DNA of 56,007 nt, filler included, from Squatina squatina (lineage: Eukaryota), in the NCBI GenBank assembly GCA_031763465.1. It is 3 parts of 3 records of this genome, joined end to end, with 100 filler letters (N's around TTAATTAATTAA, not from the genome) between each part and the next. Parts side by side here need not be neighbours in the genome. Positions count along the whole stretch, not along the records: positions 15,290 to 33,933 come from JARFOE010000120.1; positions 34,034 to 56,007 come from JARFOE010000162.1; 1 more part is not named here. The stretch is one strand, 5' to 3'. Below are positions 24,501 through 38,643 of the stretch, one piece after another. Position 1 is the first letter of the stretch; every line of letters starts with the position of its first letter. A program made the position numbers and the translations under genes. Below the pieces are notes generated by a model. The model was given only the letters and a program-made list of their open reading frames with translations, did no database searches and was not told where the DNA came from.

Positions 24501-25308
24501 AACTCACGTTATTTATTAATTTATTTAACTTTCAAGTCCAGAGATTTCAGGTCGGGTAGTTAAAAATAAGGCGATATAACCTGGGGTGCAAATAGTTTGT
24601 TAGCATCTTGTTAGTACAATTAACCAAAAGGAACACTGGCATCAATAAAACATGCAAGAAAGTGCTAAAAATGTTCTTTTATGAGTATGTTTGGGTGGCA
24701 GCTGCTTAGTAACTCTACTTTTCAACTCAATGTGACCTTACATCATTTATTATTGAAAGATTTTTGTCAGATAATACATTTCTGGATCAATCATGTAAAG
24801 TACTCCAGTATTTTGACAAATGTGCTGCCAGTTGTCCCAATATTGAGTTGCTTTGGTATTGAGAGAGATATTTACATAGGAACAGTCCCAAAGGCATTAG
24901 TAGGATTGAACTGACCATTTATTTTGCTTGCCAGAAGTCTATTCCTAAATTTACAAAAAAACCTCATCGAAACACTAAACCAGACACAGGAATATTGTAA
25001 CCTCATTTTTTTTTAAAGTATTTTTGTTTCCAAACATTCAGTTGTGAATTTGAAATAAATACATCCCTTATGCCTTGCATGCAATTAAGAATTCCAAAAC
25101 CAATGTTGGTAAACGGCCAGCTTGACTGCCTCAGCAGTCATGTCGCCCTCGGGTAGGATTCAAACTTACTCATTCATCTCCCACGGTGTCACCCAGTGTG
25201 AGCCAGAGNNNNNNNNNNNNNNNNNNNNNNNNNNNNNNNNNNNNNNNNNNNNNNNNNNNNNNNNNNNNNNNNNNNNNNNNNNNNNNNNNNNNNNNNNNNN
25301 NNNNNNNN

Positions 25309-25585
25309 GCCCCTGCCAAATTACCAAAACAGCTCTCATCAAATTCACAAATGACATTCTACGTGACTGTGACAAAGGCAAACTATCCCTCTGCACCTTT
25401 TTTGGCCTGTCTGCAGCCTTTGACATGGTTGACCACTCCATCCTCCTCCAACGCCTCCCCACTGTAGTCCAGCTGGGTGGGACTGCACGCGCCTGGTACC
25501 ATTCTTATCTATCTAATTGTAGCCAGATAATCAACTGCAATGGCTTCTCTTCCCACTCCCGCATCATTACCCCTGGTGTCCCCTG
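25309..25585 (+). mobile_element. L2-clade LINE reverse transcriptase fragment
   Basis: TALIKFTNDIL...LSAAFDMVDHSILLQRL...WYHSYLSN...GVP are non-LTR RT motifs of L2 type. Confidence 0.85.
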
Positions 25586-28500
25586 TTGGACGGCTCTCTT
25601 GTTCTATTTAATTTCATTGCTTTAAACATTAGATTACACACACACAGTTGTAGCAATTGCAGGATCAGGTCTTTATTAAAACCTTCACACACACTTCTAT
25701 TCCAGTGTGAGCTGCCAAACAGTGTTCATTTACCTCTCTTATATAAAATTTACCGTTGAACTCTATATTATCAATAAATCATGGTACATACAAATGCTAC
25801 ACTAACAATGTAAACTAAAGAACCAAATGTTCAACTTCCTGAAATGTGTTTGTTGACACTAGTGACCAAATTGACACATTGGAATGTGGCTGACTGACTC
25901 TCACACCTTCTAGAATCTCCCCTGTAGAGAGATCCTGTGCTTTGATTTGCAATTCATATCACCAGAAAGATGCTAACCCGGCTTGTGTTACCTCATAGAC
26001 TGCAGAAAGTGCGGTTTTCGGGTAAAACGGGCTTTCGCTCCCACAATATAAAGGGCCTTCAACCTCATCCTCAGACTTAACTCATTCCCAGTTGCCTCAA
26101 CCCCTTGATCCACATTACTTCCAGGACAGGCACAGGCACCACCCAGAAATCTGGAGGCGTCAATGTACTCTTTCGCAAACCCCACAAATCAAAATGTACA
26201 ACAGCTTCATAAAATACAAATGGGAATATACTTCTCTGAGAATTCAGCAATAAAAAAAATGCAATTACTGATAAGAACATGTGACCTGCAACTTAAGAAT
26301 ATCATTGTGCGAGACATTGCAACTGAGGGAAAAAGCTTTCATCTAAGTCATTTAACAGCTCTTTATATAATTTAAGATTGACACAGAGGAATGCAAAGGT
26401 CAGCTCTTCAAGACAAAATTAAAATTACCAATACAGCACTAAACGTCAGTGACCTTCCTCGGAGTCAATAGGATTTGCATTTTCTTTTCCAAATAATAAA
26501 ATAACCAGATGGAATGCAATCTGCCCCCTATACTGAGGTGTGGAGTCTATTAATAAGCATGAGCCTATCTGGGCCATTTTCATTAACTTCCTTGTAGCTG
26601 CTCAGGGAATAGCACAAGCAAAGACTTGGAGCAAATTGCCTGCCGTCTTGTTTATAATGCAGCGCATTGGCATTGCGAACCTAAAAATGGGGAGAGAAGG
26701 AGGATTCTAACCCTAAATGCCGGTATTACTTTCACTACATAATATGAAAATAAGGAAAACATTTCCACGGTTGCTGAAGTTTCAAGAAGTTGTTAAAAAC
26801 AACTTTGATCAAATGACTATTTTCTCCAAAAGTGGGATTGTGACTCCTGTGAGAAAACACAAGTAGGTCAGGAGAATGTTTATGTCACACAGAGAAGAGA
26901 GTGTTCAAAAAAAACACTGCTTTCTGGAGTCAAGTGGGATTTTAATAAAATTAATTATTTTCTGTAGTCAAATCATTTTTACCTCCTTTCGTTAAACCTC
27001 CAACACAATACGAAGGGTGAAACAGAACCTTCTGCCAGTGGGTCATTACAACGCCATAATTTTGTCAGATTTAATTAAATGCTTTGCGTTAATCAGTTGT
27101 TTGGGCATTGGTCCTGATGTATATGTTTAATGGACTTGTAATTCCCAGGCCTTCTGTCGGTGGGACTTAGCAGCATATGATCAGAAAAGTCAAGGGAGAC
27201 AAAGTGACTCCACTTCCATCTGAAGGCAGTTTTGAGGTTTTATATAAAGGGCTCTATTTAGATTCTATGCAGCATCCACCTCTTTAAAAAGAGTATCTTT
27301 TTCCCAAGTAAAAGTCAACACTGGAGGAAGCAGAGGTTAATTTTCAAAAACAGCATTAAAATAACCAACTGCAGCACTNNNNNNNNNNNNNNNNNNNNNN
27401 NNNNNNNNNNNNNNNNNNNNNNNNNNNNNNNNNNNNNNNNNNNNNNNNNNNNNNNNNNNNNNNNNNNNNNNNNNNNNNNNNNNNNNNNNNNNNNNNNNNN
27501 NNNNNNNNNNNNNNNNNNNNNNNNNNNNNNNNNNNNNNNNNNNNNNNNNNNNNNNNNNNNNNNNNNNNNNNNNNNNNNNNNNNNNNNNNNNNNNNNNNNN
27601 NNNNNNNNNNNNNNNNNNNNNNNNNNNNNNNNNNNNNNNNNNNNNNNNNNNNNNNNNNNNNNNNNNNNNNNNNNNNNNNNNNNNNNNNNNNNNNNNNNNN
27701 NNNNNNNNNNNNNNNNNNNNNNNNNNNNNNNNNNNNNNNNNNNNNNNNNNNNNNNNNNNNNNNNNNNNNNNNNNNNNNNNNNNNNNNNNNNNNNNNNNNN
27801 NNNNNNNNNNNNNNNNNNNNNNNNNNNNNNNNNNNNNNNNNNNNNNNNNNNNNNNNNNNNNNNNNNNNNNNNNNNNNNNNNNNNNNNNNNNNNNNNNNNN
27901 NNNNNNNNNNNNNNNNNNNNNNNNNNNNNNNNNNNNNNNNNNNNNNNNNNNNNNNNNNNNNNNNNNNNNNNNNNNNNNNNNNNNNNNNNNNNNNNNNNNN
28001 NNNNNNNNNNNNNNNNNNNNNNNNNNNNNNNNNNNNNNNNNNNNNNNNNNNNNNNNNNNNNNNNNNNNNNNNNNNNNNNNNNNNNNNNNNNNNNNNNNNN
28101 NNNNNNNNNNNNNNNNNNNNNNNNNNNNNNNNNNNAGTACAATGTCAGCAGATCGGGTGAGTGGTTTCCCTGATGACATTGATTATCTTTAGGCTTCACT
28201 GGTAAAAAATGATGTCATCTATATCTCATCATTGGCTCCTTTAGAAGTAATTAATCACCTTTTTTTTCTGGATTCTCTCTGCATGTTTCTTTATTACAAC
28301 TTGTTCTCACTCACTTAATTATTGTTTTTGTCTCCCCAAATATTGATAGAATCCAATCTACACTATTCAGAGTGATCCCATTCCTAAAATTAAACAGGAA
28401 AATAATTCCAACAGCAGTTTGTTAATTCACATTTTTGGACTTTATTCCCTAAAAATTGTTGTCTTGTTGTTCAGTGACTTTCTTCTTGAACGCTTCTAAC

Positions 28501-29489
28501 TTTACCTGATCCAATTGGTGTGCCTGTGGTCGTGTCCCCTTTTCTCTCAGCCCACTGTGAAATTATCAATGACAGCAAATTATATTTTCAGACACACGCA
28601 TCCTGCCCAACATCTATCTCCTCAGCTATTCTTTGGGTATCTGTGATCATTCTCAGTCTCTCTAAGACCATTATATCGGTGTTTTATAAAGTCTTAGGTC
28701 CCCAAGTTCTTCAGGTCACGACCCCATTGGTTACCCTGGATTCGCACCAGACAGTGCCAACCCATTGAGTTTGCAGGGTTAGTGTGAGGGCGCTTCATTA
28801 GAATAGGGCAAGCGGGTGCAAGTGCCACTATGGGTGCACCTTTGGCACCAGCCTGACCCATGCCCACAGCAACTCCGGGTTTAGCATGCCTTTGGAAGGT
28901 AGATTGACCAGGTCTTCCTTCCCAGGCCTGGGCAGGCTCTCCTCTACTCCCTGAGCCAAGAGGCCAATCTGCACATATCAGGAGTCCGTGCCCCTTGCCT
29001 GGTCTACATGTTCACAATGTTAGCTAGCTCAATATATTTTGAAAACATTAATGTAAGCAATTAGTGCTGATGTGATTGTAGCACATTGCTGTCCATTACC
29101 ATTGCCACCTGTTGCTGCACAGTTATACACAAGGCAAGATTTGGGCAATTGCATGCATAGTCTGTTGACTCAAAGTTAAAAGCATGAACAGGATTTTCAA
29201 TATAATGTTTGTGGCCTGATGAGCTGTTACACATCGGAAGCAGGTGACCTCTGCTCAGAGTTCAGGCCTGAGGCTTGTTGTGTGCCCGATTTCCATAGCA
29301 CAGGTATGGCACATGCATTGGTAAAACATCTGCGACACTGAGAGCCTATACAGCAGGTAAATTCTAGTTCTTGCCCTGGAATGTGATCTCATCCCCTGAA
29401 CTGCACTGCTGTGGCTCAGTGCCATTCTAAACCAGAGCTGGATGGTTGCCCATTTCAGCCATGTTGGTTCCTATTCCTTAAACTTGGGA

Positions 29490-29683
29490 CACAGGAACAG
29501 GAGTGGGCCATTTAACCCCTCAAGCCTGTTCCGCCATTCAATGAGATCAAGGCTGATCTGTGACCAACCTGCCTTTGGCCCAAATCCCTTCATACTTTTG
29601 GTTAAAAAAAAATCTAGCAAAATCCCAGAGTTAAAGTTAACAATTGATCTAGCATTAATTGCCACTTGCGGAAGAGAATTCCA
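29490..29683 (-). mobile_element. CR1 LINE 3' end
   Basis: Minus-strand WNSLPQVAINARSIVNF..LDFFL..KG, plus a CR1 tail. Confidence 0.75.
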
Positions 29684-31353
29684 ANNNNNNNNNNNNNNNN
29701 NNNNNNNNNNNNNNNNNNNNNNNNNNNNNNNNNNNNNNNNNNNNNNNNNNNNNNNNNNNNNNNNNNNNNNNNNNNNNNNNNNNNCGCCAGCGCCTCGAGC
29801 GTTATAGGCTCTGCGCCCGTTTAGCACCGGCGCAAATGGGAACCAAATTTTGTGCCTGCGTTTTAGCACCAAAAGTGGCTTAACGCCAGTTTTGCGCCAC
29901 TTTCACACTAGAAGTTTTACCACGAATTGGCCGCCCAAAAGATGTTGAAGCTTGCATACTAAGTTTGAAATTTCCAAACAGACAGACAACTAACTCCATA
30001 AAAATCTTAGGTCAGCAACATTTACTGTAGTTAGAAACTTCATTGCACAACAGTGGAATCAGCAGTTTAAATTATTTTGCATGACATCGTAATAGATGGG
30101 AAATGATAAAAGAGAGATCAATATTTCGCAACCAGAAATACAGCTATTATTAGAAGGCAAAGTTTAAAGGTCTTACTTTGCTAAAGTACATAATTGAGAG
30201 GTAGTGAATTTCAGATTCTGCATAACATCCATTAGGAAGTCAAGCAATTAAACAGATACATAGTTCAAAGTCCCAGGAGTATTTTAATGGCTGTTCTATT
30301 TCATTCTGACTTTCATATTGGTAAAAGGTTATACCTGCTAACCTTCAGGAAAAAAAGGAGAGATCATGCCAGATGTGCTAATCTCAGTCAACCTTCAAGC
30401 AGTCAACACTCAACACTCAAGTCAACCTCCAAGGTCAGAAGAACAGAAAGGAAAATAGGAAGGACCAGATAAAAATGACAAAGACAAGAATTAAATGAAA
30501 GCTAAGGTTAATAATGAATATATTTCTGGAATGGTGATTACAACGGAACTTCTTAATCATAATTTTTACACAAGAACATAAGATATAAGAGCAGGAATAG
30601 GCCGCTCAAGCCTGCTCACCATTCAATAAGATCATGGCTGATCTTCGATCTCAACTCCATTATAATATATAATTATAATATAATACAAATCTCTCATACA
30701 TCTTTATCCCACCTGAAGTTGTATGAAAGGTAGGACAGGTGGTCAAAATTTTATAAGATAGCATCATGAGTTTGTAATGATGCGGAATGATTCTACAACT
30801 TGCATTTTCCTTGAAAATTGCTGCTTGAAGAGACTGCTAAAATATTAGCAGGTGCAGATATCATTGACCAACTTGAGACAAGCAAGGTCAATGGTGAAGG
30901 GTTTACTGTATGATGGTTTCTCTTGATCTTAACATAAATGGAATATTGGAAGTTTTTTTAAAACCTATTACGAAAAGGAGCTAAATTTCCACGAACAAAG
31001 GAGAAACAGGGAATACATTCAGAATGACTCCAGTAACCCAGTGTCCCCACGGGGCGAGTAACCAGTGTTGTGAGGGAGGTTTTACGGTAATATGGCAGGA
31101 GAAAAAGAGAACGAAATAAGATGAGGAGAGCAAAAGGGACAAGTGTAAGAAAGATACAAGAGAAGGTTAGAGCAGGATTGGAAGTTGAACATCCTTAGTT
31201 AAATTAAGGAGGGATAAAGTAGGAGAAATGGGAAGAGAGAGAGGGGTAGCAGTGTTAACTAAAGATTCCATTGTAGCACGAGAACATGGGTATGTTGCAA
31301 AATGTTGCAAATCTATTCAGTTAGAGGTAAGGAGTACAGAGGGAACAGAAACT

Positions 31354-32033
31354 TTGGGGCCTGTTATGCACCTCCCGTTAGTGCCTCCAGGGGGCTCAAA
31401 CCTATTTTCACCTGGAGTGGGGGGGGAACACATCACACACCACTTGTAGCGCCCCGGGCTGTCGCGCAACCAGCGGTGATTTCATTACCGTGCACACCGA
31501 CTCCTTAGCGCCCCGCAGCAGCAATTGGCCAGTGCCCCGCGAGCGGTGTCAACGCCAGCCTCGCGGGTCACGAACTGGACTGACCTCCGCTCACGGGACA
31601 GAACTTAAAGGGGAAGCGCGCAGCGCTGCGCTACCATTTTCTCCTTTTTGGCCGACTCACTGGTCGGCCCATCTTAAGTCACTGTGACGTGGTCCAGGCC
31701 ACCATCGTGCAACCCGGCACTCCATTTGGGCACCGGCTGTGGTCTTGGCACCATGCCGCCCTGGTGGCCCAGTGGAGGCCATCAGAGGCCTGGCAGAGTG
31801 CGCAGTGCCCCTCCCCTTTAACGGAAGGGCAGGGGCGTAGAAATATGTCAGCGCTATGTGGAGAAATTGCCCCAGATACCGCCCCAACAGGAAGTCGAGC
31901 ACTTGACATTACGCTTCACTTCCTGTGAGGGGCAGTAACCCCAATTTTGTGGCCGGGGCGGGACTTCCACACAGGGGACAGAAAGTCTCTGCCCGACTGG
32001 GCCACTGCTCCCAAATGGGCAGAATATCACCCC
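31354..32033. mobile_element. GC-rich insertion (probable non-autonomous DNA transposon) nested in a CR1 endonuclease fragment
   Basis: Abrupt GC/CpG-rich block starting gggg and ending ccccc. Its flanks translate as CR1 endonuclease-like GVAVLTKDSI..IQLEVRSTEG and NEILEEICRKIMER. Terminal inverted repeats are only weakly similar. Confidence 0.45.
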
Positions 32034-33933
32034 CTGAAACATTTAAAAATGAGATATTGGAAGAGATATGTAGAAAAATTATGGAACGTCCAGTAGCCCT
32101 CTGCTATTTCCTCTCTGACTTCCTTCAGCTTTCTAGGGTGCAGGCCATCGAGGGCCTGGTGTTTTTTCCACTTTGAATTCCACCAATTTCCTCAGCACTA
32201 TTTCCTTGATAAAAATGTAAGGACATCAAGGTTGACTTCAATTATCCAAAGGTAGACATGGGTACAAGTAATGTAAGGGGCAAAATGGGGATGGTTTACT
32301 CCCGTATGCCCAGGACTGCTTTCCAGTTCAGTATAGTTATCAGTCCAACAAGAAAGGAAGCATGGCGGGGTCTAGTTGTGGGCAAGGAGTAGGGAATCAT
32401 AAAATAATCATGAGTAATATAAAAATTGAAAAGAGTTATAGATAAAACTACTTGACTGGTGAAAAAGCCTATTTCAGTTAAGTTAAAAAGGAAAGTAGCC
32501 CAGATAAATTGGTGGATAAGATAATAAACAAACAAGAAAAATCTCCAAACAGAAGACATTTCGAGCACAAACTAGTCATATCCCCTCAAGAAGTAAAGGG
32601 GAGGCAACAAAAACTGGAGTTTCCCAAATCAGTAGAGACATTCAAATTTGAATTAGACTTCAAAATGAATCGTGACAAATTCAGGGCAAATATCGGAGAA
32701 GAAAATCANNNNNNNNNNNNNNNNNNNNNNNNNNNNNNNNNNNNNNNNNNNNNNNNNNNNNNNNNNNNNNNNNNNNNNNNNNNNNNNNNNNNNNNNNNNN
32801 NNNNNNNNAAAGCGAATTCATTGGCTCTGAAGCACTCTAGCGCATACTGAGGCCATGAAATGAGTTACATAAATATAAGTTCTTTCTTTTTACTCTTATT
32901 GGTTTAGTACACCCTTCTAACAAAACTCACTGCATGCTTCAAGAGCAGTGAAGTAGATTTTCAACACTGCTGATCAGTCAATCCGCTGTAGAAACAGGTG
33001 TATAGAATTACAATGAGAAAAACTGATGAAGGACAAGAAGGGAAAAGAAATTAGGCAGGGTTGAAGTTCCGCACCCGATGGGATCTGCCTACCAAAGATG
33101 AAAAGAGTTGGAGAGAAGGCAAAGTACATCAGAATACAGGTGATTAGTCAGCAGGAAGCCTGTGGATTGTAGGAGGAAAGGAAGACATGGGAGATAAGGA
33201 GGCTTCCAGGGATACAATGGTGGAGGGAGCAGTGTCATGAGCTTTGATTTCAACAGATTGAGAATGCAGGGAGGAGCAGGATGTGTGACATAGAAGTGTT
33301 AACCAGACAAGTGATGAATGTTAATATTTTTGCTATGATTAATCTCACTCCCATCATTTCTAGCTAGCATAGTAGGTTTTTTTTGTAATGGATATTTTTG
33401 AAGAACTGACATAAACAGTAACCTCTTCATCTACAACTAATTTATTTTGTTCAATGAAGTATGTAGCAAATTTTATTGAAAATCCTGTCAATGTAAAATT
33501 AATGGGAAAAAAGCACTTTCATCAACATAGAATGTCATTTTAATGTTAGTACATTCTTTTCATCTAATTAACTCATGTGTAACTGGTTTCTTTGGTTGTG
33601 GAAGATATGATCAGCAAGGACTGATTTTTCATAGAAGGGTGCACATCACACGGTCAACTCTTTACAAAGCCAAATAAAACAGTTACATGTTGCCCTCTGG
33701 TATTGAGTACACGGCTCCATTTTGGAAATCTGGTAACATAGAATGCAGAAGGCATGAGCAAATATTAGCTTCACCTTGACTAAATGTTAGGCAGTTAGAC
33801 TGTCAACTGCACACTGGCAGTTTGTAAGGCGGTTGCCTGAAGTCTAGAATTCTCAAAGCTTGATAAGCATTTAAAAACATTTATTACAAAGTAGTAATTG
33901 CAAGCACTCATTACATTAAACAAGACACTATGG

Positions 33934-34033
33934 NNNNNNNNNNNNNNNNNNNNNNNNNNNNNNNNNNNNNNNNNNNNTTAATTAATTAANNNNNNNNNNN
34001 NNNNNNNNNNNNNNNNNNNNNNNNNNNNNNNNN
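33934..34033. other. Artificial contig/scaffold joining spacer (N44-TTAATTAATTAA-N44)
   Basis: Same construct as 15190-15289. Confidence 0.92.
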
Positions 34034-35962
34034 GGTTCACAGCATAAGGCTCTCCAGAATTCCTTAATTGCCTGTCTCGCAAAGGGACAAGTAGTGTGGG
34101 AAAATGGAAAATGAAAGTGCAGGAAGAAGTACTCTTCTGAAGCTGTAGTTAAAGATGCAGTTTGAATAGTGTAAAAGAGAGTGTTCCCATACTCCAAACT
34201 CAGCCTGCACCAGACCCAAGAAAACTGCCTAGTCTTGCTTGAAGATAAAAATGCACAAAAAAAAATTATAGGGAACATCTTTGCGATTTTAATATAAACA
34301 GTTTGCCTCCTTTGTGTGTGGTTTCCACTAATTGCATAAAAAGCAAGACTTGTATAACCCAAGTCTTGACATCCCAGCTTCTTCCTTCCAATCCACCACA
34401 TTCCAAGCTTGAGACACTAATGTTTAAGATTTTTGATCTGCAGTGTTTTAACCACATGCATGTAAAACGAGCTGAATATATACTTAAATAAATAGCAATG
34501 TTTGCAAAAATGTGGAGCAGTTAGACCTTCCCATTTCAGTTTTGTATTAATCTAGTCTAGGAAAGAGCAATAGAAGTCCCCTCCCATTGTCAACAAAAGA
34601 AAATAGCTGCAAGGAGTTTTAGTGAATATGAAAGACAGCAAAAAACAAACAAACCCAACAATCATCCAGGATTGCTACTCTGCATCAGTATTCAGTGCCC
34701 GCGCCCCCCCCCCACCCCCCCCCCNNNNNNNNNNNNNNNNNNNNNNNNNNNNNNNNNNNNNNNNNNNNNNNNNNNNNNNNNNNNNNNNNNNNNNNNNNNN
34801 NNNNNNNNNNNNNNNNNNNNNNNNTTATTCGCTGCTTTCTCCTGTTTGGGCCTTCAGCTTTGGAAAGAATGTTCTTGACATTGTTACTCAATTAGTGGAT
34901 AAATCCTAAATCAGACCAAGATCAGTTATCAACGTCTTGAGATATATACAAATTGATAGCAACACTGATTAAATTTATATAGTTGACTCCCGGAGGCTCC
35001 ATGGTATTCAGCTATACAACCACACAATGCAAAAGCCTTGGATGGCCTGGTGTAGGGGGAGCATAACTCTGCATTTAATCATGTCTATAATGGATCTGAG
35101 TGCCTGAAGTGACATCGGTGCAGGAAAAAAATAGTAAAGCATTCTACCCTGCGAGCAATGTAAAGTTCACAGACCAATAGTATATCATTCTCAATGGGTA
35201 TAATTCTGGATTTGGTAGATAATCTTGTCACATACACTACATTATTACACATCAAGAAATGTAATTAAGCAGGGTTCAGCAAGTGTGCTTCATGCTTGGC
35301 TAAAGCCATGCATCTCCCATAATGTCTGCACTATTCTATGCTCTTCCATTGGTTTATTTTGCTGTGGCTCAAATAAATCTAAATATTGTGAACAAAATTT
35401 GATCTGCAAGCCTATGAAATGAAATTTACACGAATGTAAAACTAAGACAAACCTTATTACTTTCTAAAGATTTACTGCACACAGTCTAAACATCTATGCT
35501 GGAAAATCCAAAGTCTCCTTCCTATTAAATATTACACATTTATAAACCTTGCACAGAGTCATCAAGTACAATGGCAACCATGTGCTTATGAGCTGATAAA
35601 AGGTTACGGTTTCAATCCTTGCTGAGAAGGCTATCAAAATTAGAAAATAGATTAAAAATTTACAACAACAAAAATCAGAGTCACAACAAAGCCACGAATT
35701 AAATTAAAGCATTCTATACACGTCTTCTCTCTCGGTTGCAACATAAACTTGGATAGGCATGGGAGGGAAAAAAAGATAAAGGCCTTCATTTGCATTCCAA
35801 ACTCTTGCAACTGTGCACATTTCAGTCAACTTTTTCTATTATAAATGATTGACTGATTGCACATTGATAATGGAAACTACCTATGTAAACATGTCACACT
35901 GCAATTATACCCTTCTGCAGTTCGAGTCTCCCAACTCCTCAGCCTGCACTGCAGAGAAACTC

Positions 35963-36140
35963 TACAACAACAACTTGCATTTATATAGTGCCTTCAAAGT
36001 AGTAAAACATCCCATGGCGCTAAAAGGAGCTTAATCAGACAAAAATGGACTCCGAGGCAAAGAATGAGAGATGAGGACAGGTGGCCAAAAGCTTGGCCAA
36101 AGAGGTTTTCTGCTTCTCAAATTGCGGAAACAAGGTTCGG
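35963..36140 (-). mobile_element. L2 LINE 3' tail
   Basis: acaacaacaacttgcatttatatagtgcctt is the reverse complement of the tail at about 39510-39540. Confidence 0.7.
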
Positions 36141-37494
36141 NNNNNNNNNNNNNNNNNNNNNNNNNNNNNNNNNNNNNNNNNNNNNNNNNNNNNNNNNNNN
36201 NNNNNNNNNNNNNNNNNNNNNNNNNNNNNNNNNNNNNNNNTTACATCTGCATGCATTGACCTCTAACCCCGCTTCACTGGAAGACTACACTTGGATGGTG
36301 ATTTCCCCCAAAGTTAAAGGATAGAGATATATATTTATATTGTACACACACATACAATGTATTGATTTGAATCAGAGAATGTGCTTTAAGAAACTAAACT
36401 ATCAAGTGGCCTTGCAGCCAAAAGTAGCCCATAGTAAACAAGCCAGATGACAGAAATCTAAAAATCCACAGGATATCCCCCATATGCTCCATGCAATATA
36501 ACCAGTGCAAACTGGTTCTGACTGTAAACTGAGCCAAGTAGCCGAACGTCTTGGCAGGATGCTGAGCGCAGCATTTCAAAATGCCAAAAAAACCTTTTCT
36601 GGGTCAATCTGTTGATCTGCAGGCCAAAGGGGAGTTCACAAAGCTATGAAACACTACCAAAGAAAGAGTTTTTTTTTGTCCAAGCTCCTATAAAAGAAAC
36701 TTTAAAAGTATGATGCAAACAATAAAAGTAAAGTTCTAATCTCTTCGAAACATTTCTCCGCCAGGCGCAGAGCAGTTTCAGCAGCCTCGCACATTAGCTC
36801 CTCCCCAGCCAATGTTGACTGGCTGCAATTTAACACAAACAAGGTCAAAGTATTGACAGTCACTGCTCAGAAGAAACAGGCTGGTTGTATGTAACTGTTT
36901 CTATTGGTTGGCCGGCAGTCAAAGGAAGGCTTTAGGAGAAGTATAAAAAGCAAACAGTTGGCAGGGACCAAACCGCTGCAGCTCACTTGCTAAAAAGCAA
37001 CTTTTCTGTTGCCGTACACATTTCAGCTGCAAAAGTGCAGTTTAAAAATTCACTATGCACTGCCTTAGAGATGCACAAATCACAAATATCCGTGCCATAA
37101 CCGAGGAGTACTGGATGGGTTTCCGTCAATTGCAAGTATTTTATCTTTTGCTGAGAATTGTATCTAGACCGGTTCTGTAGTACGTCATTACAAAACAACT
37201 CGATTTGTAATTAACTGAGTGCTGGAACTGTAGTTCATCTCAATACAGCAGCCAGCACCAGCTTTTTGTGTTGTGCAGTAATTGGACCTTTTCACAGTGT
37301 GAAATACACAACATAACTATCATTGATCAAACCAGTAAGGTACAGCACACTGAATCCAGTCATTTTGGAGGTAGTAGGCATGGCTATAACACAACCAACA
37401 CTGGGTTTTTATTTCTGGCCTCATGTACACAACTAATTTTGATAAAGTTTAATTCAAGGTTATGCTACTGTGCAAGACTGGGGAACTGGAATAT

Positions 37495-37884
37495 AAAATC
37501 ATAGAATCGTACAGCTCTGAAGGAGGTCATTCGGCCCATCATGTCTGTGCTAACTCTTTGAAAAAGCCATCCAATTAGGCCCACTCCCCTCCAAATATTT
37601 CCTTTCCAAATATATATCCAATTCCCTTTTTAAAGTTACTACTGAATCTATTTCCACCACCTTTTCAGATAGTGCATTCCAGATCACAGCAACTCGCGGC
37701 GCAAAGAAATTCTCTTCTAGCGTCTTTTTATACCATTTACCTTAAATCTGTTTCCTCTGGTCACCAACACTCCTGCCATTGGAAACAGTTTCTCCTTATT
37801 TACTCTGATCAAAACCGGTCATTTTTTGAACACCTCTATTCAATCTCTACTCCCAGGAGAAAAATCCCAGCTTCTCTAGTCTCT
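37495..37884 (-). mobile_element. CR1 LINE 3' end
   Basis: Tail aatcatagaatc..ggaggtcattcggcccatc, followed by gcattccagatcacagcaactc (RVAVIWNA) and cctctggtcacc (TRG) motifs. Confidence 0.75.
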
Positions 37885-38643
37885 NNNNNNNNNNNNNNNN
37901 NNNNNNNNNNNNNNNNNNNNNNNNNNNNNNNNNNNNNNNNNNNNNNNNNNNNNNNNNNNNNNNNNNNNNNNNNNNNNNNNNNNNGAGAGATGCACTTCAC
38001 TGCCTCATTTTTTTCCCTCTCCTATGAAACTTGCCAGCACTGTGCTCAGTCTTGACGGAGACCAGAATTGGCAACATCTGAAGTTTCGTTGTTAGTCAAG
38101 ACTTGCACTTGAACACAAAACTCTCCAGTCAAGAGTCCAATGCTTTGCATTATGAGAGCTACCAAAAATTAAGCCTTCTATCTTTTGTCCCAGGAACAGG
38201 TCTGATGGCCAAAGAAATTTCTACCTGTGATGAAATGGAAACAAAATTTAAACATGACTCAGGAAATTGGGCGATACAAATTCAGTTTAGACAGATGGGA
38301 TTAAAGTCTTTTTCTTTTGGAACCTGCCAGCTGCCAAAAAAACTTTGGCACTTTTAAACCCGAACAGCAGACATTCATTGAATTGCCCCTACAAATTCCC
38401 AACTACTTGAAGAATTTTACATATATAAACTTTACAGCTAGGAACTTCCACCATGGTTCGGAGTAAATGCAGCAGAGAACATTGTGCTGAGCCACACAAA
38501 TTACAACGGTCCCAGATTTGAACTTTGATCTGTTAGGAGTTATCCAATGTTGGGATAGGGCTGCTCAACTGGTCTTAGTGGTTAAGGGAGGGGGTGGGAA
38601 GAGAACTGGTTTCAATCTTGCTCCCAATTGCTATCCAATGGGA

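Noticed and set aside
27315-28199. Long ORFs in the track (also 42447-43082, 48037-48720, 50278-50724, 51106-51619)
   Set aside because: Their length comes from N runs translated as X; they are not evidence of genes.
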